Assembly (NCBI RefSeq): GCF_000025505.1
Contig: NC_013849.1
Coordinates: 1,830,001-1,862,000 of the forward strand
Origin: Ferroglobus placidus DSM 10642
GTDB taxonomy: Archaea; Halobacteriota; Archaeoglobi; Archaeoglobales; Archaeoglobaceae
Length of the DNA: 32,000 bases
Reading direction: 5' to 3'
The translations under genes were made by a program, and so were the position numbers. Below are positions 14,483 to 23,105 of the stretch, in pieces (the stretch's first letter is position 1; each line of letters opens with the position of its first letter). Below the pieces are notes generated by a model that saw only the letters and a program-made list of their open reading frames with translations, did no database searches and was not told the origin of the DNA.

Positions 14483-15628
14483 ATGTTCGACATAACTAAA
14501 AAGCCGTTCATAGTGTTCTGGGAGCTAACGAGAGCTTGCATGCTCGCTTGCAAGCACTGCAGAGCGAAGGCTCAGAAGAAGAGACATCCCGACGAACTCA
14601 CGACGGAAGAAGCTTACAAAGTCGTCGACCAGCTTAAAGAGTTCGGCGAACCCTATCCTCTTCTCGTCATAACAGGCGGAGACCCGCTGATGAGGGATGA
14701 CGTCTTTGACATCATCGAATACGCGAGCAAAAACGGGATCAGAACGGCAATAGCCTTCAGCGGAACGAAGCTTGCGACGAAGCAAAAACTGGAGAAGTTG
14801 AAAGAAGCTGGAGTCGCGAGAATTGCGATAAGCTTAGACGGAAGCAATCCCGAAATTCACGACTATTTTAGAGGAGTAACCGGAACTTTCGAAACGAGCT
14901 TGGAAATACTTGAAATGGCTAAAGAAATCGGAATTTCGAGGCAGATAAACACTACTGTGACGACTTTCAACATGCTCGACCTGCCGAACATAATGAGAAT
15001 AGGGATCGATTACGAGATAGCTCTGTGGGACGTCTTCTTTATCGTACCAACCGGAAGGGCTAAAGTCGAATATATGCCCTCTTCCCAAGAATTTGAGGAC
15101 GTTTTGAACTTCCTATACGACGTTTCGAAGCTCACACCTTTGAACGTTAAAAGCTCGGCAGCCACGCATTTGAGAAGAGTGGAGCAGATGAGAGACAGAG
15201 GTATTTACGATCTGCCCCACGGAGAGCTTTATTACAAGCTGAGGTCGAAGCTGGACGGATTCGAAGCAAAGCCGAAGGAGATAGTTTCGGGAGCCTACGG
15301 AAGGAGCTTAGCGGACGGAATCAGAAGGATGATGGGGATAACCGATGGAAGAGGAATGTTCTTCATAAGCCACGTAGGAGAAGTTTATCCGAGCGGATTT
15401 CTGCCGATTCAGGCTGGAAACGTGAGGGAGAAAAGTTTGAAGGAAATATACATGAACTCCAAGATATTCGTTGAGTTGAAGAATCCCGACATGCTGAAAG
15501 GGAAGTGTGGGGTTTGCGAATACAGAAGAATATGCGGAGGTAGCAGAGCGAGAGCCTACGCTATGACCGGCGACTACCTCGCTGAGGAGCCGAGGTGTAT
15601 ATACGTTCCCAAAAAGCTGAGGCAGTAA
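14483..15628 (+). CDS. Radical SAM enzyme with a reduced SPASM/Twitch-type C-terminal domain; substrate unknown
   Basis: CMLACKHC gives the CX3CX2C cluster motif, followed by GGDPL (GGE-like). The C-terminal region CGVCEYRRICGGSRARAY...EPRC provides only 4 Cys. The track start is TTG 14480. The adjacent ATG 14483 is more likely. Confidence 0.88.
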   Translation: MFDITKKPFIVFWELTRACMLACKHCRAKAQKKRHPDELTTEEAYKVVDQLKEFGEPYPLLVITGGDPLMRDDVFDIIEYASKNGIRTAIAFSGTKLATKQKLEKLKEAGVARIAISLDGSNPEIHDYFRGVTGTFETSLEILEMAKEIGISRQINTTVTTFNMLDLPNIMRIGIDYEIALWDVFFIVPTGRAKVEYMPSSQEFEDVLNFLYDVSKLTPLNVKSSAATHLRRVEQMRDRGIYDLPHGELYYKLRSKLDGFEAKPKEIVSGAYGRSLADGIRRMMGITDGRGMFFISHVGEVYPSGFLPIQAGNVREKSLKEIYMNSKIFVELKNPDMLKGKCGVCEYRRICGGSRARAYAMTGDYLAEEPRCIYVPKKLRQ

Positions 15629-15664
15629 GCTTTATCAATTTTCTTTCGAAATTCTGAGTTGAAG

Positions 15665-16216
15665 ATGTTCTACGAAATTGAAGAGATCAAAAGGAGGAGG
15701 AAGAAGTTAGGGTTGACGCAAAAAAAGCTGGCTGAGTTAGTTGGAGTTAGCCAACCTCTCATAGCAAGACTCGAAAGCGGAGACCTCGATCCGAAGCTTT
15801 CTCTAATAAAAAGGATATTCAAAGTTCTCGACGAGCTTGAGGGAAAGATGACAGCTAAGAAGATAATGAATCCGAACGTAATCTTCGCATCCCCCAACGA
15901 CACGGCAAAGAAAGTTATAGAGATAATGTGGGAGAAGGGAATTTCACAGATTCCGGTTATCGAGAGGGGAAAGGTCGTTGGAACTGTAACCGAGTCGGCA
16001 ATAATAAAAAGAATGCTTGAAAAAGGAGCGGATTCTCTTGTTGAAATAAAGGTTAGAGAGATAATGGAGGAACCTCTCCCAACGATACCTCCGGACGAGT
16101 CCCTCGAAAACATTTCCAAGATGCTTTTAAACAGCCCGGCTGTTTTGGTGGTTGAAGGAGATAAGATACTCGGGATAATTACGAAGCACGACGTCATGAA
16201 GGTGATTAAGGGATGA
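15665..16216 (+). CDS. HTH (XRE/Cro-C1 type) plus CBS-pair transcriptional regulator
   Basis: The N-terminal LGLTQKKLAELVGVSQPLIARLESG is a helix-turn-helix. Two CBS motifs follow (IMNPNVIFASP...GISQIPVIERGKVVGTVTE; IMEEPLPTIPP...VLVVEGDKILGIITKHDV). ATG 15665 is 25 nt after the TATA-like TTTATCAA. Confidence 0.85.
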   Translation: MFYEIEEIKRRRKKLGLTQKKLAELVGVSQPLIARLESGDLDPKLSLIKRIFKVLDELEGKMTAKKIMNPNVIFASPNDTAKKVIEIMWEKGISQIPVIERGKVVGTVTESAIIKRMLEKGADSLVEIKVREIMEEPLPTIPPDESLENISKMLLNSPAVLVVEGDKILGIITKHDVMKVIKG

Positions 16217-16815
16217 ACTTCAAGCACATCTTCTGGTTCGAAATGGCGGACTACGAGAAGATAGAATACCTGAGAAAATTCAGCGTCGCCGTAATAGGAA
16301 GCAGAATGCTCGCGGAAATTCTCTGGAGGTGCGGAGTAGGTTGCATAAGGTACATAGGTGATGTTGTAACTCCAGTGGATGTTCGAATAGACCCGACTTA
16401 CGATTACCTCGACGCAAACGACTACGATGTCATGCATCCGAATCCGGACAGCTGCGTGATAAGCTATCCGTACCCCCACGACTACAAAGAGTTAAAGAAG
16501 CAGCTGAGGGGGATAGACGTTGTTGTTGCTCACAAGTATGAAGATGTGGCAGCAAGAATAGCTGAAGAACTCGGAGTTCCGTTCATCCCGAAAATAATCA
16601 CGACTTTCCTTCCGGACGGCGTTAGCTTTTTTGAGGTTAAGATGCCCCAGATTGAAGAGAACCCGATATCCTACTCTATAACTTGCAGCGTCCAAGCCGG
16701 AGAGATCATGAGGATATTCACCGGCTACGAATTGCCGGTTATAGCTCCAGAAGCTTATGTCGTTGACTTAAAATCAAAAAGTTATTTAAAAAAGGTGGAG
16801 CTTGAGAGGATATGA
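16213..16815 (+). CDS. Hypothetical protein with a degenerate ThiF/E1-like Rossmann N-terminus
   Basis: 200 aa. ATGA overlaps occur at both ends (16213-16216 and 16812-16815). FSVAVIGSRMLAEILWRCGVGCIRYIGD resembles the ThiF pattern V.V.G.G.LG......GVG.I..ID, but the glycine-rich loop is lost. Confidence 0.7.
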   Translation: MNFKHIFWFEMADYEKIEYLRKFSVAVIGSRMLAEILWRCGVGCIRYIGDVVTPVDVRIDPTYDYLDANDYDVMHPNPDSCVISYPYPHDYKELKKQLRGIDVVVAHKYEDVAARIAEELGVPFIPKIITTFLPDGVSFFEVKMPQIEENPISYSITCSVQAGEIMRIFTGYELPVIAPEAYVVDLKSKSYLKKVELERI

Positions 16816-17744
16816 TCATCAGAACTCCCTCAAGAGTTCACGTTACTCTCATAGACTTAAACGGTGAAATAGGCAGGATTGATGGAGGAGTAGGTTTCGC
16901 TCTCGAAGAACCTTACGTAAAAATTAGAGCCGAAAAAGCGGATGAAGTAGTGGTTGTGGGCGAGTCTTTTAACAGAGAAAGGTTCGAGCACGTTGCAAAA
17001 ATTTTCAAGGAGAAGTTTGGAAAGGGGATGAAAATCGAAGTTCTTTCCGATTACAAGCCCCACGTTGGTTTGGGAAGCGGAACTCAGATAAGTCTGGCGG
17101 TGGGGAAAGCCTACTCCGAACTCTACGGGCTGAACTTGAGCACGAGGGAAATAGCGAGAATAACCAAGAGAGGTGGCACCTCTGGAATAGGTGTAGCTGC
17201 CTTTGAATTCGGCGGATTCATTGTTGACGGAGGGCATTCGAAAAAAGTTAAAAAGAGTTTTTTACCTTCCGCTTTCAGCGATGCTCCTCCAGCACCACTC
17301 ATCTCAAGACTCGATTTTCCCGATTGGGACGTCTGTTTGATAATTCCGGAAAGGAAGGGATTTTTCGGGAAGAGAGAAGTCGATTTGTTCGAGAAGAACA
17401 CTCCGGTAAAAATTGAAGAGGTTAGGGAGCTCTGCCACATAATACTGATGAAGCTCCTTCCAGCCGTGGTGGAAAGAGATCTCGAGGAATTCTCCTCAGC
17501 TATTTCGAGAATTCAGGAAATCGGATTTAAAAGAGCTGAAGTAAATCAGTACGGAGAAGAGTTTAAAAAGCTGATGAAGAAGCTACAGGAGCTTGGAGCT
17601 TGCGGGATGAGCTCCACCGGACCAACCCTATATCTTGTATCAGAAGAAATAAATATTGAGGAAGTTAAAGAGATCGTAAACGGCTACGACGTGGAGATAA
17701 TCCTAACAAAAGGTAGAAACAGGGGGGCTGAGGTTGAAGTATAA
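16812..17744 (+). CDS. mptG: Beta-ribofuranosylaminobenzene 5'-phosphate (RFAP) synthase, the first committed step of methanopterin biosynthesis
   Basis: MIIRTPSRVHVTLIDLNGEIGRIDGGVGFALEEP..., HVGLGSGTQISLAVGKA, TKRGGTSGIGVAAFEFGGFIVDGGHS. This is the GHMP-kinase-like family typified by MJ1427 and AF2089. Confidence 0.9.
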   Translation: MIIRTPSRVHVTLIDLNGEIGRIDGGVGFALEEPYVKIRAEKADEVVVVGESFNRERFEHVAKIFKEKFGKGMKIEVLSDYKPHVGLGSGTQISLAVGKAYSELYGLNLSTREIARITKRGGTSGIGVAAFEFGGFIVDGGHSKKVKKSFLPSAFSDAPPAPLISRLDFPDWDVCLIIPERKGFFGKREVDLFEKNTPVKIEEVRELCHIILMKLLPAVVERDLEEFSSAISRIQEIGFKRAEVNQYGEEFKKLMKKLQELGACGMSSTGPTLYLVSEEINIEEVKEIVNGYDVEIILTKGRNRGAEVEV

Positions 17745-18504
17745 CCTCTGGTGCGGAGAGTATGACGGAAAGCTGAAGCTTTCAAACGACCTTGAAAAAT
17801 CGTTTTTAAACGCGAAGAATCCCGGTCCGGTTCCGGAAGAAGCTTTTGAAGAGGCTAAGAAAAAAGTCAAGAATTATTACGAAACCCTTAGAAAAGTTGC
17901 GATAGAAGTCACGGAAAGAAAAGTCGAGAGAGAGCTAAGAAGAGAGGATAGATACGTTATAATGCTCGTTAAAGCTTTGGACGAGCTTAACGAAACTATA
18001 AACTTGCTTGAAGAGAAGTACAGAGATCTCGTGGAAGTTAAGACGTCGGAAATTTCGGAGGAGTTCGAAGAGAAAATTAGGGGTTTGAAAGAGCTGAGGA
18101 GAAAAATTGAGAAGGAGATCGATGAAGTTATGGGCAAGATAGCGCCGAATCTAACCGAAATCCTTGGAGCGAAAATCGCTGCGAGACTTTTGGAGAGAGC
18201 CGGAAGCATGGAAAAGCTTGCTATTCTTCCGGCAAGCACGATACAGATTATCGGAGCTGAGAAATCTCTGTTCAAAGCTTTGACGAGAATCAGAAAGGGT
18301 AAGAAAGCTAAAATACCCAAGCACGGGATAATATTCCAGCATCCCTTCATAAGAACACTCCCCAAGAAGAAGAGGGGAAAGATGGCGAGGTTTATGGCTG
18401 GGAAACTTGCTATAGCCGCTAAACTTGATTACTTTAGCGGAGAACTGAAAGAAGAACTTGCAGAGGAGGTTAGGAGGAAGTATGAAGAGCTTGCGAGAGC
18501 TTGA
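17734..18504 (+). CDS. nop5: C/D box snoRNP protein Nop5 (Nop56/58 homologue), short Archaeoglobus-type form
   Basis: IAPNLTEILGAKIAARLLERAGSMEKLAILPASTIQIIGAEKSLFKAL...HGIIFQHPFI...RGKMARFMAGKLAIAAKLDYF is the Nop domain. TTG start at 17734 after a G-rich SD. The N-terminal domain is short. Confidence 0.9.
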   Translation: MKYNLWCGEYDGKLKLSNDLEKSFLNAKNPGPVPEEAFEEAKKKVKNYYETLRKVAIEVTERKVERELRREDRYVIMLVKALDELNETINLLEEKYRDLVEVKTSEISEEFEEKIRGLKELRRKIEKEIDEVMGKIAPNLTEILGAKIAARLLERAGSMEKLAILPASTIQIIGAEKSLFKALTRIRKGKKAKIPKHGIIFQHPFIRTLPKKKRGKMARFMAGKLAIAAKLDYFSGELKEELAEEVRRKYEELARA

Positions 18505-19147
18505 GGAAGTTTTACCCAACACGTACTTCATTCAGGTTAACGGAAAGAAAATTTTGGCAACTAAAAGTAAGTACCCTCCTTTTTACGGAGAAAAAAAGTA
18601 CGGAGAGTACAGGGAGTGGATTCCGACGAGGAGCAAGCTTTCCGCGGCGATAATAAAAGGGTTGAGACCTGAAATTAAAGAAGATACCAAAGTTCTCTAC
18701 CTCGGAGCTGCTTCCGGAACTACCGTAAGTCACCTTTCAGATATTGTTGAAGACGGAGTTATATATGCGGTTGAATACTCGGCAAAGCCCTTCGTGAAAT
18801 TCCTCGAGCTTGCCAAGGAGAGGAAAAATATCATTCCGCTCCTCGAAGATGCGAGAAAGCCTGAGAATTACTCCGGAATAGTGGAAAAAGTGGACTTCAT
18901 CTATCAGGATATTGCTCAGAGAGATCAAATAGACATCTTCATTAAGAATGCCGAGTTCTTTTTGAAGAAGGGAGGAATCGGGATAATAATGGTTAAAGCA
19001 AGGAGCATCGATTCGACCCTTGAGCCTGAAAGAATTTTCAAAAACGTTGAAAGGGAATTAAAGAAGAGATTCGATTTACTTGCTAAGGTCGACATTCAGA
19101 GTTATCACAAGGACCACGTCTGCTTTTACCTAAGGTGGAGGGGATGA
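18482..19147 (+). CDS. flpA: Fibrillarin-like rRNA/tRNA 2'-O-methyltransferase
   Basis: [18 protein letters not shown]..., [46 protein letters not shown] 18482 ([10 protein letters not shown]...) is preceded by GGAGG. The track start is TTG 18458. The gene overlaps nop5 by 23 nt. Confidence 0.95.
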   Translation: MKSLRELEEVLPNTYFIQVNGKKILATKSKYPPFYGEKKYGEYREWIPTRSKLSAAIIKGLRPEIKEDTKVLYLGAASGTTVSHLSDIVEDGVIYAVEYSAKPFVKFLELAKERKNIIPLLEDARKPENYSGIVEKVDFIYQDIAQRDQIDIFIKNAEFFLKKGGIGIIMVKARSIDSTLEPERIFKNVERELKKRFDLLAKVDIQSYHKDHVCFYLRWRG

Positions 19148-19794
19148 GGCAACGTTTCGTTCTCGACACCACCGCCATAACTGACACTGGCATGAGGGAA
19201 AAGGAGGGTTTCGAAGACATATGCCATTCGGCAAGCGAAATTCTCGATTTGATTGCTAAAGCGAGAATGAAGCTCGACATAAGCTGCTACATTCCCTACC
19301 CATCCGTTTACACCGAGCTTATAAGTTTTCTGAAGAGGTACAACTGCTCCGAAGAGGTGATAATCAAAATTGACACGTGGCTGATCAAAAAAACTCCGAG
19401 CAGAATAGAGGTGATGATTCCGGCTGCAATTTTTTACGAATACGTTCTTACGATGAGACAGAAGATAAACAAAGGCAGAAGAATAGCTGAAGACTTTATC
19501 TGGGAAAGTTCGGCTGTGACTTCTAAGGTGAAGCCTGAGGAACTTAGAAAGGAGATAGGAGAACTTATTTCGAGATTCAGGGAAAAGTACAGAGCGGCTC
19601 TGCGCCACGGAATCCTCGACTCCTCTCCGGACATAGACGTTCTTCTTTTAGCCAAAGAGCTCGACGCAGCTGTTGTGAGCAGTGATGAGGGGATAAAGAG
19701 GTGGGCTGAGCTGATGGGTTTGAGGTTTGTCGAAGCTATAAAGTTTCCGAGAATGCTCAGGGAATATTTGAGCATGCTGGAGGGGGAAAAATGA
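19144..19794 (+). CDS. RNA-free (protein-only) RNase P, HARP / PIN_5 family
   Basis: [11 protein letters not shown] at the N-terminus. [48 protein letters not shown] closely parallels the Aquifex Aq_880 family signature as I recall it. ATGA overlaps occur with flpA and hisS. Confidence 0.82.
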   Translation: MRQRFVLDTTAITDTGMREKEGFEDICHSASEILDLIAKARMKLDISCYIPYPSVYTELISFLKRYNCSEEVIIKIDTWLIKKTPSRIEVMIPAAIFYEYVLTMRQKINKGRRIAEDFIWESSAVTSKVKPEELRKEIGELISRFREKYRAALRHGILDSSPDIDVLLLAKELDAAVVSSDEGIKRWAELMGLRFVEAIKFPRMLREYLSMLEGEK

Positions 19795-21020
19795 AAATAG
19801 AAAGACCGAGAGGAACGAGAGATTTCCTGCCAGAAGAGATGGAAAAGAGGAGAGAGCTTGAGAAAATTTTCAGAGAAGTTGTCGAGCTTTTCGGATATAG
19901 AGAAGTTCAGACGCCTACTTTCGAACATTTGGAGCTTTTCACGATAAAATCTGGGGAGGAGATAATAAAGGAAATTTACGCTTTCAAGGATAAGGGAGGG
20001 AGGGACTTAGCTCTCCGTCCAGAGCTTACAGCTCCCGTCATGAGGATGTTCGTTAACGAGTGCTCTCATTTACCCAAACCTTTGAGGTTTTACTACTTTT
20101 CCAACTGCTTCAGATACGAGAGACCTCAGAAAGGAAGATACAGAGAGTTCTGGCAGTTTGGAGCTGAGCTTATAGGAAGTAATTCTCCAGAGGCTGAGGC
20201 TGAAGTAATTTTGCTTTCCTACAGAATGCTCGAAAAAGCAGGAGTTAGCTTTGAACTCAGCATAGGGGATGTGAACTTGCTTAGATACGTTCTTAGGGAC
20301 ATTCCAGAAAAAGAGGCTGCCATGAGGCTCATAGACAAGGAGGAATTCGAAACCTTAAGGAATTTGCTCGCCAAGTACGATAGAGAAGAAATTTACGAGA
20401 CAATTCTCCAGCTCGGAGAAATAGAGAGTGTCGAAGAGGCTGAGGAAGTCGTCGATTACGATTTCAGCCACCTCAAAAAACTCTGCGAAATTCTCGACGC
20501 ACTTGAGCTAAAATACTTCGTGGATTTTACAGTTGCGAGAGGTTTGGACTACTACACCGGCACGGTTTTTGAGTACTACGCAGAGGGTTTGGGAGCGCAG
20601 AAGCAGATATGCGGGGGAGGAAGTTACAGGCTCGCGAAGTTATTCGGAGGAGAAGACGTTCCAGGAACTGGGTTCGCGATAGGTTTCGACAGAGTTATGG
20701 AGCTTTTTACCAAATCTCCGAAATATGAGCCGCCGGTCGTTGTTGTTTCTCTCGTCGAGTCCAAAGATGCTTTCAAAATAGCTGAAAGGCTCAGAGAGAA
20801 CGGGGTGAAAGTGGTAGTCGATGTTATGGGGAGAAACTTGAAAAAGCAGATGAGCTTCGCAAACGACATCTCAGCAGAATACGCCGTGATTATCGGCAAA
20901 AAGGAGCTTGAAAGCGGTACTTTTTCAATCAAAGACCTCGTTACCGGAAAGCAGAAATCTCTGAGTTTTGAAGAGGCTGTGGAATTAATCAAAAGCAAAA
21001 GGAGGATCGACGAAGAGTAA
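19791..21020 (+). CDS. hisS: Histidine--tRNA ligase
   Basis: [11 protein letters not shown], class II motif 2 ([18 protein letters not shown]), motif 3 (GGGSYRL...[10 protein letters not shown]), and a C-terminal anticodon-binding domain. Confidence 0.95.
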   Translation: MKIERPRGTRDFLPEEMEKRRELEKIFREVVELFGYREVQTPTFEHLELFTIKSGEEIIKEIYAFKDKGGRDLALRPELTAPVMRMFVNECSHLPKPLRFYYFSNCFRYERPQKGRYREFWQFGAELIGSNSPEAEAEVILLSYRMLEKAGVSFELSIGDVNLLRYVLRDIPEKEAAMRLIDKEEFETLRNLLAKYDREEIYETILQLGEIESVEEAEEVVDYDFSHLKKLCEILDALELKYFVDFTVARGLDYYTGTVFEYYAEGLGAQKQICGGGSYRLAKLFGGEDVPGTGFAIGFDRVMELFTKSPKYEPPVVVVSLVESKDAFKIAERLRENGVKVVVDVMGRNLKKQMSFANDISAEYAVIIGKKELESGTFSIKDLVTGKQKSLSFEEAVELIKSKRRIDEE

Positions 21021-21728
21021 GCATCTTCCCACTTTCTTAGCCCTTTTAGCGCTCTCGAGGGTAGTTAATCTCGCGTACCTCGCTGCGTCAACGATGTTTT
21101 TTCCGAGGGAGATGTTAGCAAGTAAGGCTGAGCTGTAAACGCAACCGGTTCCGTGCACCTCTTTTTCCCCAACCTCGGCTTTTATTTCGTGAAAGTCTCC
21201 GTCGTAAATAACGTCGATTCCTCCTATATCTTTGCCGGTGATTACCACCGAGCACCCGAACTTTTCTGCTATTTTCTTCGCAGCTCTCTTAGCATCCTCG
21301 ACGCTCGAAATTCTCTCTCCGGAAAAAACCTCAGCCTCCTTTACGTTCGGGGTTATCGCATCTACCACATTAAAAAGACCTTCGTAGATTTCTGGTTCAG
21401 CAAATTTGTATCCGGTAGAGGAGACTAAGATCGGATCGAGGACTTTTAATCCCTCGAAGTTCTTTAAAAATTCCTTCAGAAGCTCCGCCTGCTTTTCAGT
21501 TACTACAATCCCAACCTTTATTCCTTTAACGTTAAAATCTTCGAAAATAGATTTCAGCTGCATTTCCAGATGCTCCGCTTCGATAGCTTTCATTCCTTCT
21601 ATTCCGCAAGAGTTCTGGTAGGTTATAGCGGTGACTGCGCAAACTCCGTGAAATCCGAAGAGTCTGAAGATTCTCACGTCGAGGGTAACTCCGGCTGAAT
21701 TTGACGTATCCAATCCTGCAACGCTCAC
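20985..21728 (-). CDS. thiD: Hydroxymethylpyrimidine / phosphomethylpyrimidine kinase
   Basis: AGLDTSNSAG..., ITYQNS, IKVGI, DPILVSS, and GTGCVYSSAL (anion hole) place it in the ribokinase superfamily, ThiD type. GTG 21728 overlaps the upstream stop (GTGA). The track start is TTG 21740. Confidence 0.85.
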   Translation of the reverse strand: MSVAGLDTSNSAGVTLDVRIFRLFGFHGVCAVTAITYQNSCGIEGMKAIEAEHLEMQLKSIFEDFNVKGIKVGIVVTEKQAELLKEFLKNFEGLKVLDPILVSSTGYKFAEPEIYEGLFNVVDAITPNVKEAEVFSGERISSVEDAKRAAKKIAEKFGCSVVITGKDIGGIDVIYDGDFHEIKAEVGEKEVHGTGCVYSSALLANISLGKNIVDAARYARLTTLESAKRAKKVGRCLLFVDPPFAFD

Positions 21729-22132
21729 AAGAACCTCCAATCTACCACCCCGTTTTTCTTGAGAATGTACAACGAGAGGAGAATTATCAGGGTGTTTAAA
21801 ATTACGCTGTCGTATCTGAATGTTAGTATTCTGAATCTCCTCTTCGCCGGATAAAAAAGCTGCACTCCGCTTTTGGTTAGAGAATCGAGGAAAATGTGGG
21901 AGGTTAATCCTATAAAAGCGAATATCAACAAGCTTCTGTCGAAAATGTAGACGAGGTAAAGAATTAGGAAGAGGAAGAGCAGAGAATGTGTGAAGCCGCG
22001 GTGTTTAATTTTTAAAAGAACGTCGATATCGCTCAGAATCCCGAAAAGTCCGGTTGCAAAAAGGAAGTTCGCATCTTTCGTCAAAAAGCTGGCTAAAGCT
22101 ACGGGAAATACTACGTGCGTTATTTTCAACAT
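21725..22132 (-). CDS. Membrane-bound metal-dependent hydrolase, YdjM/DUF457-like
   Basis: 135 aa with 4 hydrophobic helices. HRGFTHS and SHIFLDS are His/Asp motifs typical of this family. Confidence 0.7.
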   Translation of the reverse strand: MLKITHVVFPVALASFLTKDANFLFATGLFGILSDIDVLLKIKHRGFTHSLLFLFLILYLVYIFDRSLLIFAFIGLTSHIFLDSLTKSGVQLFYPAKRRFRILTFRYDSVILNTLIILLSLYILKKNGVVDWRFL

Positions 22133-22134
22133 TT

Positions 22135-23067
22135 TCAGTACTCCTTTTTCTCGTGAATTAGCGAAATGAAGTCTTTTGGAGAAGAAACGCAGGAGATTTC
22201 GTCTTTTGTTATGAACACTACTCCCTCAACTTCGCTTTTTATTCTCTTTTCGACGATGTACGCTGCGTTGGCTGAAACGACCTCCGAAACTCTACCGATG
22301 AGGCTCGCTCTCCTCTCTATTTCCCTCACTTGCTTAACTCCCGTAAGCACGTTTTCATCTTCAACAACGCTCAAAGCGTCGAAAGGAGCGTACTTTACTG
22401 GGTAGATCTTTATTCCTATGCACTTCAGCTGGTCGACTATTTCTGCCTCCTCTCCTTCGAATTCCTCTTCGGGCTCCTCCACATCTATTTCGAACTCGAA
22501 AACGTTTATCTCCTTTACGATGTCTCCTCCAAGAAGCTCTTCAAGTTTGATAGCGTTGTCGAGGGAGACGTCGATCCCCTCTTCGTACTTCTTAGCCGCT
22601 CTCCTTGTTATTCCGATCCTCGACGCTATCTCTCCTATCGACAGCCCGAGTTCCTCTCTCCTCCTCTTGAACTTCTCGCTATCAATCTTAACGTAGTATC
22701 CTCCCGGAGCGGAGTATATCAGCGGGTAAACGTTTTCGACTATAATATCGTAAAGAGTTGCAACGTTAATAACCGGAATGCCGTACCTCGTGTAAACGAC
22801 GCCCCTCTCAAGGTAATCCTGCTTGAACTTCTCTCCAACGACTATCGGGCTCGCTTTGAGGAACTTCGCTATTAGCTTCATCTCTTTCACGGCTTCGGAC
22901 TTTAGGGAGTCCACGTTGTATAGGACTTTTATCAAGATTACGAAGTCGTCTTTTCTTGCAACTATGTCGAAACACCTGGGCTTAGTCTCAACTAAGTCCG
23001 TAACGGTAAAGCCAGCTTTCTTCAATATTTTCAACACTGCACGCGTCACGAGTTCCTGCATCTTCAA
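22135..23067 (-). CDS. Archaeal putative HTH-type transcriptional regulator (MJ1164 / AF1787-like family)
   Basis: 310 aa with a central Cro/C1 HTH (LGLSIGEIASRIGITRRAAKKYEEG). The N-terminal KKAGFTV...CFDIVARK module is typical of the family. The track start is TTG 23067, and ATG 23061 is equally plausible. The TATA AATTTATATA lies at 23089-23098. Confidence 0.8.
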   Translation of the reverse strand: MKMQELVTRAVLKILKKAGFTVTDLVETKPRCFDIVARKDDFVILIKVLYNVDSLKSEAVKEMKLIAKFLKASPIVVGEKFKQDYLERGVVYTRYGIPVINVATLYDIIVENVYPLIYSAPGGYYVKIDSEKFKRRREELGLSIGEIASRIGITRRAAKKYEEGIDVSLDNAIKLEELLGGDIVKEINVFEFEIDVEEPEEEFEGEEAEIVDQLKCIGIKIYPVKYAPFDALSVVEDENVLTGVKQVREIERRASLIGRVSEVVSANAAYIVEKRIKSEVEGVVFITKDEISCVSSPKDFISLIHEKKEY

Positions 23068-23105
23068 AAAGAGTTATGTCTGAGGGTGTATATAAATTGT
23101 TTTCT

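Noticed and set aside
14483-15628. Calling the radical SAM gene ahbD/ahbC (alternative heme pathway) because cobA is nearby
   Set aside because: cobA is 3 kb away on the other strand, with unrelated genes between. The reduced Cys complement does not let me assign it to AhbC/D by eye. It is kept as a generic radical SAM enzyme.
15670-16479. 269-aa minus-strand ORF
   Set aside because: It is antisense to the HTH-CBS regulator and the 200-aa ORF, which are linked by ATGA coupling to mptG. The translation is Ser/Ile/Phe-rich without motifs. It is a shadow ORF.
19126-19928. Two minus-strand ORFs (160 and 164 aa) opposite HARP and hisS
   Set aside because: They are antisense to genes with strong family signatures and ATGA coupling. 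No motifs are present.
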